A stretch of DNA of 64,000 bases, taken from positions 63,860-127,859 of the forward strand of contig CAYPAA010000001.1 in assembly GCA_964408625.1 (NCBI GenBank), written 5' to 3'. Below are positions 17,314 through 27,438 of the stretch, piece after piece; the first letter of the stretch is position 1; each line of letters begins with the position of its first letter. Under the pieces are notes generated by a model that ran no database searches, was not told the origin of the DNA, and saw only the letters and a program-made list of their open reading frames with translations. The DNA is from an uncultured Roseburia sp. (GTDB lineage Bacteria; Bacillota; Clostridia; Lachnospirales; Lachnospiraceae). The position numbers and the translations under genes are program-made.

Positions 17314-17985
17314 TTATATATGCTTTAATAATCCACTCTGTAGCGGTTCGCATAGGAGTTCATTTTCCCATACCACCACAGCCAAACTGTCATTTGTCTT
17401 TTTGGTACGCTGAAACCATTTCTTTTGCATTTGAACCTCGCCCGATACCATGCCAATGGAAACATCAGAAGCATTTATTTCATTTGCAATAATGTAGCAA
17501 TGGTTGTCGTTTGGATATCCGGCATGTACATCTCCTTCAATCGAGCCTATAACGATAACATTCCCAACTGCTTGCACATGGGCTTTTGCTTTGACATCCC
17601 CCAGAATAATAATACTGGAATCCGAGGTGATGGTGTCTTTGTTTGCTGCATTTCCTTTGATAATTTTAGCATTCTCATATGTTTTTTCATAGTAGAATCT
17701 GTCGATTTTATTCTTCATTTGGACATCTTTCAGTTCGTTTTTTTCTTCCAGTAGAAGAATCGATATGCTTGAATTAAGCTCAATAGCTTCGATAATAACA
17801 CTCGCTTCTTCCGCGGTAACATCTCTGCCCTCTATTGACAAAATCATGTTAGCGTCACCAAAAAAATCTTTTGATTTTGCAAACTTCGCACATATATCCC
17901 GAATTAATTGCTCGAAAGATACTTGGCGATCAAGCACAAGCGTCATGCCGTATGCGTTACTTTTGATTACAACAGATTCTTTCAT
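17314..17985 (-). CDS. minC: Septum site-determining protein MinC
   Basis: VVIKSNAYG...FFG; beta-helix IILGDV...GNVIVIGSIEGDVHAG. Confidence 0.85.
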   Translation of the reverse strand: MKESVVIKSNAYGMTLVLDRQVSFEQLIRDICAKFAKSKDFFGDANMILSIEGRDVTAEEASVIIEAIELNSSISILLLEEKNELKDVQMKNKIDRFYYEKTYENAKIIKGNAANKDTITSDSSIIILGDVKAKAHVQAVGNVIVIGSIEGDVHAGYPNDNHCYIIANEINASDVSIGMVSGEVQMQKKWFQRTKKTNDSLAVVVWENELLCEPLQSGLLKHI

Positions 17986-17998
17986 AATATCTCCTATA

Positions 17999-20857
17999 TT
18001 AATCCGTCACTGCATTGGTTGAGGTTGAGGTTGAAATCTCTCCTCCAAGCAGCGTTTCTAATGAAGTTTCACCAAAATAATATGACATAATATCTGCAGC
18101 TACAATAGATGCATTTCCTGAACTGTAACCGAAGGCAATACGGGTTGCCACCGCAATTTCAGGTGATGAATATGGTGCATATCCGATAAAAACAGCATGA
18201 TTTGGTCTTGTCGGATCCTGCTGAGCCGTTCCTGTTTTGCCGGCAGCTTGTACATTGAGATTCTTAAATGCCGCCAAATCCTCCACGACCATTCGAAGGC
18301 CTTGGGAAATGGATGACCACTCCTCCAAAGACAATACATCAATTTGATTGCGGACAGATGGTTTATATGTCTTGATAACATCGCCTGTTACGGCATCTTG
18401 GACATGATCAAGCAACGTCAAATCATATACCGTACCTTTGTTGGCCACTGCAGTTACATAGCGTGCCAAAGAGATTGTCGTAAAGTTATTGTCAGACTGT
18501 CCTATGGCTGCCATGACAGGGAATTCTGTGGCAATTGTTGGTTCTGCTTCCTCGATTTCAATACCTGTTTTCTGATCTAAGCCAAACATTTCAGCATATT
18601 TTCTTATCTTTTCAATACCCTGCTTGTCGCTATAAGCGTTGCCTCCTGCCAGTTCATATCCCACCTCATAGAAGAAGTAGTTACATGAAACGCGAAGAGC
18701 CTCTGCAACATTGATGGAACCATGATTGCTTGGAAATGCCCAACATTTTGGCTTGTTACTTACGCGTTCAAACTGACCTTCATCAACAATCTGCGTTGAC
18801 GTCGTAATTTTGTTCTCTGCCAATCCCGCTGTCGCAGTAATAATCTTAAAAGAAGAACCCGGCGCTGTTCTCTGCTGTGTCGCATAATTATACAATGGAT
18901 TTGACAAATTTGTGCTCAAATAATTGTAGTACTCGGCATCAACCGTGTTTGCCAGACGGTTATTATCATATCCCGGATAGGTAACACATGCGAGGAGATT
19001 TCCGGTTTTGGAATCAATCACAACGGCCGAACCGGAGCATGGATCCAGCGCCAACTGACCTGGGGTAATCTCCAGTTTTTTGATTTTGTCTGTAATAAAT
19101 TCATATGCGCTGAGGCTTCCTGACAACAAAGCATTCTTTGTCGCATCATCTTTTTTTAAGACCCCTTGTTCATAAAGAATGGCACAAAGTTGGTTCCCGG
19201 AAACAGTATCCTCCTGAATCAAATATTTGTATACTAATTTCTGAAAACCACGGTCTGTCTGTAAATAGGTCAATGTATAGGCAATCAACTGGTCATATAG
19301 TTCATCCGTATCCGCGTACTTCGATGTTTGCGAATATTTTGTGATATCAATCCAATTGTTTTCAATCGCATATGTCAAATATTCATTGACACTTAAGGAT
19401 TCGCTGGTCCATGCAATGTATTTTTCATCCGATACATCAATGGCATTTGCGTCAAAAATACCGAGTGATTTTAATGTTGTGACAATGTAGGTCGAATACT
19501 CCTGATATTCTTTTGGCAATTCCTTATATACTATTGGTGAACTTGCATGTAATTGCTCATTTAAAGTCGTTATTACACTGTCGGATTTCTTGTTATACGC
19601 ATGTAACACACTTTTTTCAACAGAGGAGGCGCTGTCCTTCTCAAAATCATCAATATTGATAAGATTATTGTTAATCAATGCAAAATAAACATCATAAATT
19701 GGAATCATGATGTCCGACTCATCGCTTGTCGGCTCATATGTTTTTATATTTGCAATTTTTGAATACAAAATACTTGCAATCTCTTTCTCGAGTGCCTTAT
19801 ATGTGGCAATTTGCAGGTTTTTGTCAATAGATAAATAGACATCGTTTCCCGGAACCGAATCCTTATGATCTGCAACCTGAAGCAGATTACCAACATGATC
19901 TACATAAACGGTTTCGGACCCTTTTTCGCCGGCAAGGTATGAATTCATGTACTGTTCAATGCCGGATTTACCCACAACATCCGTCATTTCAACCGTCTTG
20001 TCTTTTTTGTACGCTTGTTCATATTCTTCTGTAGAAATCGTTCCAACATATCCTACAATGTGTGCAAAATACTCACTGTCGACATAATGTCGAACGGAGG
20101 TTTCTTTGATATTTACCCCTGTCAATTCATTGATATTCTCTTTGATATATGCAACGGAAGCAGAACTGACATCACTCGCTATTGTGGTTGCAATGTATTT
20201 TTGATAACTGTTTTGTCCAATATTGTAACGAACAATACATATTTTGTAACGCAACTCCTCGTCGTATTCCGTTGATATATCATATCGTTTTTCGCCAGTC
20301 AGATAAGACATAATTTCATCCGGCGTCGCGTTTTCTTCATCAATTTTGAGTTTAGAATTGTAAGACAAATCATCAATGCTGGCGTGTCCAAAAATATCTG
20401 CACGAAATCTTTGTAAAGCCGTACCCGGCGAATTCGTAAATTCATATTTTCCTGCAGAACTGCGACTGATTCCAAAATTATTATCGATCTCATCGCCATT
20501 CTTCTCAATATGCTTGACGATAGCCGCAATCTCGGCATTCAGTTTTTTATTGCGGTCATCAGAACTCTCATAACTGCCGCTATCTTCTATTGTGATATCA
20601 TACGCCAACTTGTTATAAGCGAGCAACTCACCGTTTCGGTCATAAATGGAACCTCTTGCTGCATTCACAGATTCCGTTTTTTCCACTTTTAAATCATAAT
20701 TCGCTTGATATTGTTCGCCTTTGATAATCTGTAACACAAAAAGACGAATAATAAGAACACATGAAAAAACAATAAAAACACATGTCAGAACGCCGAGGCG
20801 GGAAGTCGATATTTTATTGATAAAATCTTTTATTTTTTCAAACAAGACTGCTTCCAC
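17999..20857 (-). CDS. Class B penicillin-binding protein (PBP2/MrdA-type)
   Basis: N-terminal TM, RGSIYDRNG, GKSGIE; transpeptidase motifs SSFK, SCN, KTG. Confidence 0.92.
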   Translation of the reverse strand: MEAVLFEKIKDFINKISTSRLGVLTCVFIVFSCVLIIRLFVLQIIKGEQYQANYDLKVEKTESVNAARGSIYDRNGELLAYNKLAYDITIEDSGSYESSDDRNKKLNAEIAAIVKHIEKNGDEIDNNFGISRSSAGKYEFTNSPGTALQRFRADIFGHASIDDLSYNSKLKIDEENATPDEIMSYLTGEKRYDISTEYDEELRYKICIVRYNIGQNSYQKYIATTIASDVSSASVAYIKENINELTGVNIKETSVRHYVDSEYFAHIVGYVGTISTEEYEQAYKKDKTVEMTDVVGKSGIEQYMNSYLAGEKGSETVYVDHVGNLLQVADHKDSVPGNDVYLSIDKNLQIATYKALEKEIASILYSKIANIKTYEPTSDESDIMIPIYDVYFALINNNLINIDDFEKDSASSVEKSVLHAYNKKSDSVITTLNEQLHASSPIVYKELPKEYQEYSTYIVTTLKSLGIFDANAIDVSDEKYIAWTSESLSVNEYLTYAIENNWIDITKYSQTSKYADTDELYDQLIAYTLTYLQTDRGFQKLVYKYLIQEDTVSGNQLCAILYEQGVLKKDDATKNALLSGSLSAYEFITDKIKKLEITPGQLALDPCSGSAVVIDSKTGNLLACVTYPGYDNNRLANTVDAEYYNYLSTNLSNPLYNYATQQRTAPGSSFKIITATAGLAENKITTSTQIVDEGQFERVSNKPKCWAFPSNHGSINVAEALRVSCNYFFYEVGYELAGGNAYSDKQGIEKIRKYAEMFGLDQKTGIEIEEAEPTIATEFPVMAAIGQSDNNFTTISLARYVTAVANKGTVYDLTLLDHVQDAVTGDVIKTYKPSVRNQIDVLSLEEWSSISQGLRMVVEDLAAFKNLNVQAAGKTGTAQQDPTRPNHAVFIGYAPYSSPEIAVATRIAFGYSSGNASIVAADIMSYYFGETSLETLLGGEISTSTSTNAVTD

Positions 20858-21374
20858 TCCTATTCTCGTCTTTTTCTATCCACTGATTTATTCTCAAAAT
20901 CACATAGTAGCATACAATGGAAACCAACACCGTATAAACGGCTTCCGGAATAATCACATTAAAGAAATAATACCCAAACGAAAACTGTTTACGAAATAAA
21001 AACATGATAAAATAAATGCTACATCCATAAATCAGATCACTTGCTCCGATGAGAAGCAACGGCAATTTGATATCTTCTCCATAGAAAAGTCGTTTGAATA
21101 AACCACTGATAAATCCTATATACAAAAAGATAAGAACATAGATACCCAAATATGTTCCACTAAAAAAATCAGAGATTAATCCGCAAGTAAAACCAACCGC
21201 CATGCCCTGCTTGGATCCATTAATCAATCCAAAGGACGCTGTGACAACAACAAGAAAATTGGGAACAACGCCGGCAAGTGCCAAATGCGGGAAAATGGTT
21301 GTCTGAAGAATGTAACTAATGAAAATTATAATAAATATAATACCAACGCGTTTTGCTATCGCTTTCAGTTCCAT
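20838..21374 (-). CDS. mreD: Rod shape-determining protein MreD
   Basis: Polytopic membrane protein with VVPN...GFTCGLISD; follows mreC. Confidence 0.9.
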   Translation of the reverse strand: MELKAIAKRVGIIFIIIFISYILQTTIFPHLALAGVVPNFLVVVTASFGLINGSKQGMAVGFTCGLISDFFSGTYLGIYVLIFLYIGFISGLFKRLFYGEDIKLPLLLIGASDLIYGCSIYFIMFLFRKQFSFGYYFFNVIIPEAVYTVLVSIVCYYVILRINQWIEKDENRSGSSLV

Positions 21375-22228
21375 TACTCACCAGTCTCCTTTAAATCTAA
21401 AATCACAAGTACATCCTGTAAGTGTTTAAAATCAGCAACGGGTGTCAATTTACCTGATTTTGTCAGTTTATTTGTATCGTTGGAAACTTCGGAAACATAT
21501 CCGATCAACAATCCCGGCAAATACTTATCGCTGATGTTTGAAGTCACAATGGAATCCCCGACCGTCACCTTATCATTCTGATCCTCCAATTCAGAGAAAA
21601 GAATCATATTGGAAGATGTCATATGTTTCAAACTTCCGGAAACAATACAGTTGTCATCTGTCGATAAAATCATTGCGCTAACATTGTTTGTATCATCAAT
21701 AATAGAACGGACAACAGCATGTTGTTTGCCGACATCTGTCACAATGCCGACCAGTCCGCTTCCTGCAATCACATTCATACCTTCTTTGATTCCATCGGAA
21801 GAACCTTTGTTGATTGTAAAGGTGTCAAACCAATTATTGCTGCCACGTCCGATAACACGTGCTGCAGTCTTTTTATAGTTTGAGTATTGCTTATCGAGTT
21901 CATATAACTTTTGCAATTTGTCTAATTCTGATTGCTCAAGACGAATGGTTGTGATTTCACTTGATAATTCATCCACCTTTTTTTGAAGTTTCTCATTTTC
22001 AGCAATCAATTGTTCTTTCGTCTTTGTATCATTGCTATTGATTGATACGATATCCCCGACATAATCCAGTCCTTTTTGCATTGGAACAAATATATAATTG
22101 CAAATGGAACGAACAGGTTCCCCGGAATATCCTGTCGCATAACTGGCAAACAGTAGCATGATACACACTAATGTCAAAAGTAATAAAACATATTTACTTG
22201 GTAAAGAGGATTTTCGCTTGCGATTCAT
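21374..22228 (-). CDS. mreC: Rod shape-determining protein MreC
   Basis: TM, coiled coil, INKGSSDGI, GLVG, GDSIVTS, PGLLIG. Confidence 0.93.
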   Translation of the reverse strand: MNRKRKSSLPSKYVLLLLTLVCIMLLFASYATGYSGEPVRSICNYIFVPMQKGLDYVGDIVSINSNDTKTKEQLIAENEKLQKKVDELSSEITTIRLEQSELDKLQKLYELDKQYSNYKKTAARVIGRGSNNWFDTFTINKGSSDGIKEGMNVIAGSGLVGIVTDVGKQHAVVRSIIDDTNNVSAMILSTDDNCIVSGSLKHMTSSNMILFSELEDQNDKVTVGDSIVTSNISDKYLPGLLIGYVSEVSNDTNKLTKSGKLTPVADFKHLQDVLVILDLKETGE

Positions 22229-22267
22229 ATAATACCGTCATATCCCTTTCTCAAAAACTATATCTAC

Positions 22268-23281
22268 TTATTTAAAAATGCGAGTCTTCATTTCATAACC
22301 AAATCGTTTATATTTTGCATCGGAAAGAACTTTGCTCAGTCCAAGTACAGATGTTTCTGTAGCGTGTTCACTAATGTTAACCTTGATATTGGTAACTTCT
22401 GTAAATAACTGACCAAGCTGTTGAATATTTGCACTTCCGCCAGTGAGATAGATTCCCGAATGAACGATGTCTTTCGCTAATTCCGGCGGAACTTTTTCCA
22501 GCGCAATTTTGATGGAATTACACAGATTGTTCAACTCGTTTTTTATACCGTCATAGACAATCGCACTTGTAATCTCCATCTCAATCGGAAGTCCACTGAC
22601 AACATCTCTGCCGACAACCGTCATCACTTCTGTTTTTCCTGGCATTGCACTACCGATAGTTTCTTTTAATTGACATGCGCTTTTTCGTCCAATCAAAAGA
22701 TTATATCGGCGCTTCATATGTGTAACAATGGCATCATCTAACTGATTGCCGCCAAAGGGGCAAAGCTCTGTCAACACAAGTCCACCAAGGGAAATCACAG
22801 AAATCTCTGTCGTATCCGCGCCGAAATCAACTACCATAACACCGGTCGGATCTGTGATATCAATGTCCATTCCGAGTGCATCCGCAAGCGGCTTTTCACA
22901 AAGCATAACACTGTGTGGATGTTGTTTTGATTTCGCAAACATATCAAAGAATGCTTTCTTTTCCACTTCTGTGATATCTGTCGGTACACATACCACGATG
23001 TCGGAACCCTTGATTTTAGCTTTTGCCTTTTTTTCCATCACTTCAAACAACATTGTCTGCATATTGTCAAAGTCGGCAATGACACCACTTGAAATCGGAA
23101 AAGATACCTCGATTGTCTCCGGTGTTTTCTCATACATAGAATATGCATCATCTCCATAGGCATACATCTGATCATTGTCAATGATGGCAATGGTATTTTT
23201 GACATTTGTCACATCTCCTGTATTGATGTTGTAAATCTTTAGGTTGTTTGTCCCCATATCTATTCCATAAGAATTATTCAT
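22268..23281 (-). CDS. mreB: MreB-family actin homologue with a divergent active site
   Basis: GIDMGT, GVIADFD, VPTDITEVEK, GRDVVSGLP, PPELAKDI, YLTGG. Confidence 0.88.
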   Translation of the reverse strand: MNNSYGIDMGTNNLKIYNINTGDVTNVKNTIAIIDNDQMYAYGDDAYSMYEKTPETIEVSFPISSGVIADFDNMQTMLFEVMEKKAKAKIKGSDIVVCVPTDITEVEKKAFFDMFAKSKQHPHSVMLCEKPLADALGMDIDITDPTGVMVVDFGADTTEISVISLGGLVLTELCPFGGNQLDDAIVTHMKRRYNLLIGRKSACQLKETIGSAMPGKTEVMTVVGRDVVSGLPIEMEITSAIVYDGIKNELNNLCNSIKIALEKVPPELAKDIVHSGIYLTGGSANIQQLGQLFTEVTNIKVNISEHATETSVLGLSKVLSDAKYKRFGYEMKTRIFK

Positions 23282-23331
23282 GGATTTATCCTCCGTTTTG
23301 GCTTATAATCGCACCTCCTATTGTAGCACAA

Positions 23332-24609
23332 TTACAAGCCCTTAACAAGTTTCCTGTCATAAAGTTTTTGTAATGATTTTAAGATTCCCAACTTTCCATG
23401 GTACCAGGTAAGTCCACCTTGAAAAAACGCAGTATATGGCTCTCGTAGCGGACCATCTGCACTGAGTTCGATGGAGGAACCTTGGACGAACGCTCCGGCG
23501 GCCATAATTACCTGACTGTCGTATCCCGGCATATCCCACGGTTCCGGTGTCACAAAACTATCAACAGGCGCTGCAGCCTGTATCCCTTCACAGAATGCAA
23601 TCAATCCTTCGGGTGTCCCGAATGTGATTGCCTGAATGATATCATATCTTGGTTCTGTAGCATTTGGTGCCACAGAAAAACCAAGTTTTTGATAAACATT
23701 TGCTGCAAAAATGGATGTTTTTAATGCACTGTTGACAACCGTAGGTGCCAAGAAGAAACCTTGATAAAACGCCTGCATCATTCCCAATGAGGCCCCCACC
23801 TCTTTTCCGAGTCCCGGTGACGTCAAGCGATATGCAGCATTTTCAACACATTCTTTTTTCCCAACAATGTATCCTCCAATTGGAGCAAGTCCGCCACCAA
23901 GGTTTTTGATCAGTGAGCCAACCATCATATCTGCCCCAACTTCAAGCGGTTCCCTCTTCTCCACAAATTCACCGTAACAGTTGTCAACCATGCAGATGAC
24001 ATCCGGCTTTATTTGTTTGATAAATGTAATCAGTTGACCAATGCGTTCGACGGATAATGTCGGTCTTGCATCGTATCCTTTCGAGCGTTGAATTGTCACA
24101 AGTTTTGTTTTATCGTTTATTGCATTTTTAATCCCATCAAAATCGAAGGAACCGTCCGGGAGAAGATCAACCTGCGCATAAGTCACACCATACTCTGCCA
24201 ATGAGCCTTTGGAGGGGCGAATGCCGATGACCTCCTCCAGTGTATCGTATGGCTTACCGACAGGAGACAAGATTTCATCTCCCGGTCTGACATTTGACAT
24301 CAGTGCAAGAGCCAGTGCATGTGTACCACAGGTAATCTGCGGACGGACCAGGGCGGCCTCACCGCAAAAACAAGCGGCATACACTTCTTCTAATGTGTCT
24401 CTGCCATAATCGTTATAGCCATATCCTGTCGTTGACTGAAAGCATTCCGCACTCACATGATGTTTTTGCATCGCGGCAATCACTTTCAACTGATTATATT
24501 CAGCAATCTCATCAAGAGCAGCAAACCGTTCTTTTAAATCCTGCTCAATCTGCTCTCCAAAATGAAATACAGCATCCGAAATACCGAGTTCATTGTATTG
24601 TTTCTTCAT
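23332..24609 (-). CDS. PLP-dependent methionine gamma-lyase family / aluminium-resistance protein (YnbB-like)
   Basis: GYGYND.GRD, VDNCYGEF, GSLIKNLGGG, ELSADGP. Confidence 0.9.
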   Translation of the reverse strand: MKKQYNELGISDAVFHFGEQIEQDLKERFAALDEIAEYNQLKVIAAMQKHHVSAECFQSTTGYGYNDYGRDTLEEVYAACFCGEAALVRPQITCGTHALALALMSNVRPGDEILSPVGKPYDTLEEVIGIRPSKGSLAEYGVTYAQVDLLPDGSFDFDGIKNAINDKTKLVTIQRSKGYDARPTLSVERIGQLITFIKQIKPDVICMVDNCYGEFVEKREPLEVGADMMVGSLIKNLGGGLAPIGGYIVGKKECVENAAYRLTSPGLGKEVGASLGMMQAFYQGFFLAPTVVNSALKTSIFAANVYQKLGFSVAPNATEPRYDIIQAITFGTPEGLIAFCEGIQAAAPVDSFVTPEPWDMPGYDSQVIMAAGAFVQGSSIELSADGPLREPYTAFFQGGLTWYHGKLGILKSLQKLYDRKLVKGL

Positions 24610-24614
24610 GTGTT

Positions 24615-25571
24615 CTATCCTTCCGTTATGATATTCTTCTCTATTAATATTTTTAGCATATATTGAAGCTGCGCATCCTCATCGTAACAAAAATCCGGTT
24701 TGTTAACCCAGGTAACCTCCGGTTTGCTCCGAAACCAGGTGAGCTGCCTCTTTGCAAAATGTCTGGTATCACGCTTGATTTTATAAACGGCTTCCTCCAA
24801 AGTGCAGTTACCGTCCAGATAATCAAGTAATTCTTTGTACCCAAGTCCTTGCATGGAAACAAACTCTTTTGTATACCCCATCTCATGTAAACGGCGCACC
24901 TCATCCAGCAATCCATTTGAAAGCATACCATCTACTCTTTTCTCAATCCCCGCATATAAGTTTTCCCTGTCATCATTTAAGACGAAATAACAGAACTGAT
25001 ATGGTGATTCTTTTTGTTTTTCTGTCTCATTGTGCTCAGAGATTTTTGTCCCGTGAATCCGATAATACTCAATTGCTCGTATTACTCTTTTTACATTATT
25101 CGGATGAATACGATCTGCTGAGACGGCATCAACCTCCCGTAACAACGCATGAAGGGTCATGGAGCCATGTTCCTTTTGATACATCTCCAGTTCTCGCCGG
25201 ATTGTTGTATTACCATCTTCCTCTGAAAAATCAGTATCATATAACAATGCCTGAATATAAAACCCAGTTCCGCCGACAGCAATCGGGATGTGGCCGTTTG
25301 CAACTATTTTTTTTATAGAATCTTTCGCCATGGAAAGAAAACGGGCAACATTGAATTCTTCTGACGGCAACAGCGCATCTACAAGATAATGTGGTATCCC
25401 ATCCATTTCTTCCGGGCGAATCTTGGCAGAGCCAATATCCATATACTTATAAACCTGCATCGAATCACAGGATATAATCTCGCCACCAATGGCTTTGGCA
25501 AGAGAAATAGATAATGTTGTCTTCCCAACCGCGGTTGGTCCTGCCAGAATTACAAGTGGTTGTCTTTGCAT
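24615..25571 (-). CDS. miaA: tRNA dimethylallyltransferase
   Basis: GPTAVGKT, DSMQVY, GGTGFY, AKRQLTWF. Confidence 0.97.
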   Translation of the reverse strand: MQRQPLVILAGPTAVGKTTLSISLAKAIGGEIISCDSMQVYKYMDIGSAKIRPEEMDGIPHYLVDALLPSEEFNVARFLSMAKDSIKKIVANGHIPIAVGGTGFYIQALLYDTDFSEEDGNTTIRRELEMYQKEHGSMTLHALLREVDAVSADRIHPNNVKRVIRAIEYYRIHGTKISEHNETEKQKESPYQFCYFVLNDDRENLYAGIEKRVDGMLSNGLLDEVRRLHEMGYTKEFVSMQGLGYKELLDYLDGNCTLEEAVYKIKRDTRHFAKRQLTWFRSKPEVTWVNKPDFCYDEDAQLQYMLKILIEKNIITEG

Positions 25572-25572
25572 A

Positions 25573-27438
25573 TTATACAATCCTCTTAAATTTCTTATCT
25601 AACTCATATTGCGTCAGGCAAATGATGGTTGGTCTTCCGTGGGGACAATGATATGGATTTTCAAGTGAAAGCAAATCCGATATCAACTGTTCGATTTCCG
25701 GCATACTCAACTGATGATTGCCTTTGACCGCGGCTTTACATGACATGGATGCCACCTTTTCTAAAATAAGTTCAGAATTTTGTGGGCGTTTGTTGTTATT
25801 ACATTCCTCCAACAAATCAATAAAGAGTTGCTTATAATTGACAGAAAACAGGTTTCCCGGCACTGCTGTCAAGGCGTATTCATTTCCGCCAAACGGTTCT
25901 AACGAAAATCCCACTTCTGTAAACATATCCATATACATTTCCAGCGTCTTTTGTTCAACCCGGCTCAGCGTAAGAATGGTTGGTGGACTGAGCAGTTGCG
26001 ATGTCATGGTTTTTTCCTGTAACTGCTTCATCATCTTCTCAAATAAAACTTTTTCGTGGGCTGCATGCTGATCAATGATGTATAATTTATTATCAAATTC
26101 TACAAGCCAATAAGTATCAAATACCTGTCCAATGACGCGATGTGATTTTTTTGCTTCTTCCGATAAAAACGAGGTTTGTTCGTATTTGGTTACATTCCCG
26201 CTTTCTTCGGGTAACGCTTCCTCATTTTTACCTTCCACTTTGGCATAAAAATCCCGATATTTGCGTTCGTATGGTGTATCTTTGTGAATTTCAGCCGTGA
26301 TACGTTCTTTTATCTGCATCATTTTCTTTTTCTCAAAGGGTTCGACTGATGTATTTGTTGCAGGTTCTTTTTTTACTATGGCATCCGCCTGCCTGTCCTG
26401 TTCCGTCATCTCAGGGGTATCGACCGTGACAGAAACAATATCCTCTCGATGCCATATCACTTCTTTCACAAGATTTGTAAATATGTTGGCGATTTGAATC
26501 TCATCATCAAAACGCACCTCCTGTTTCGTCGGATGAACATTCACATCGACAAGGGCTGCTTTTGTATGCAAATTTAAAACACAAAACGGATATTGATGTT
26601 GCATCAAATATCCGGCATAACCGTCTTCCACCGCTTTTGAGATCAGTGGACTTTTGATATATCTACCGTCGATAAAGAATGTTTCAAGCGAGCGGTTTCC
26701 TCTTGCAATCATGGCTTCTCCCAAAAATCCGGTGACATCATAGCTTTCATCTGAATAACTGACCGGACGCAAATTCGTGGAAATCTGCTTTCCATATACT
26801 TGGTAAATAGTATCTGCCAAACTTCCATTGCCTGCCGTATGTAGCTTCTCTTTTTTGTTCGAAAGAAAGCAAAAGGAAATATCCGGTCGTGATAACGAAA
26901 TCCGTTCCATCAGTTCGGCAACATAATTGCCTTCTGTCGCGTCAGATTTTAGAAACTTCTTTCGTGCAGGAGTGTTGAAAAATAACTGATAGACCATGAT
27001 TGTCGTCCCATCCGGTGCACCGACTTCATCGAATGCAACTTCCTGCGAACCCTCAACCACATAGCGACATCCCATCAATTGCTCTGCGGGTTTTGTAATC
27101 ATCTCCACCCGGGAAACTGCACCAATGCTCGAGAGAGCTTCCCCGCGGAATCCTAAGGAATGAATCTTTGTCAGTTCGCTTGCATCACGCAATTTCGATG
27201 TGGAATGTCTCAAAAATGCAACGGCGAGTTGGCTTTTGGGTATTCCACAACCATTATCCGTAACCCGTATCAATGATTTCCCACCATCTTGTATTTCGAC
27301 GGTAATCGCTGTGGCACCGGCATCTATCGCATTTTCCACCAATTCTTTGACAACAGAAACCGGTCGTTCCACAACCTCGCCGGCTGCAATTTGATCAATT
27401 GTCTCTTTACTTAATAATGTAATTTTCTGTGTTACCAT
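25573..27438 (-). CDS. mutL: DNA mismatch repair endonuclease MutL
   Basis: IAAGEVVERP, GFRGEAL, DQHAAHE, SCK, CPHGRP. Confidence 0.97.
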   Translation of the reverse strand: MVTQKITLLSKETIDQIAAGEVVERPVSVVKELVENAIDAGATAITVEIQDGGKSLIRVTDNGCGIPKSQLAVAFLRHSTSKLRDASELTKIHSLGFRGEALSSIGAVSRVEMITKPAEQLMGCRYVVEGSQEVAFDEVGAPDGTTIMVYQLFFNTPARKKFLKSDATEGNYVAELMERISLSRPDISFCFLSNKKEKLHTAGNGSLADTIYQVYGKQISTNLRPVSYSDESYDVTGFLGEAMIARGNRSLETFFIDGRYIKSPLISKAVEDGYAGYLMQHQYPFCVLNLHTKAALVDVNVHPTKQEVRFDDEIQIANIFTNLVKEVIWHREDIVSVTVDTPEMTEQDRQADAIVKKEPATNTSVEPFEKKKMMQIKERITAEIHKDTPYERKYRDFYAKVEGKNEEALPEESGNVTKYEQTSFLSEEAKKSHRVIGQVFDTYWLVEFDNKLYIIDQHAAHEKVLFEKMMKQLQEKTMTSQLLSPPTILTLSRVEQKTLEMYMDMFTEVGFSLEPFGGNEYALTAVPGNLFSVNYKQLFIDLLEECNNNKRPQNSELILEKVASMSCKAAVKGNHQLSMPEIEQLISDLLSLENPYHCPHGRPTIICLTQYELDKKFKRIV

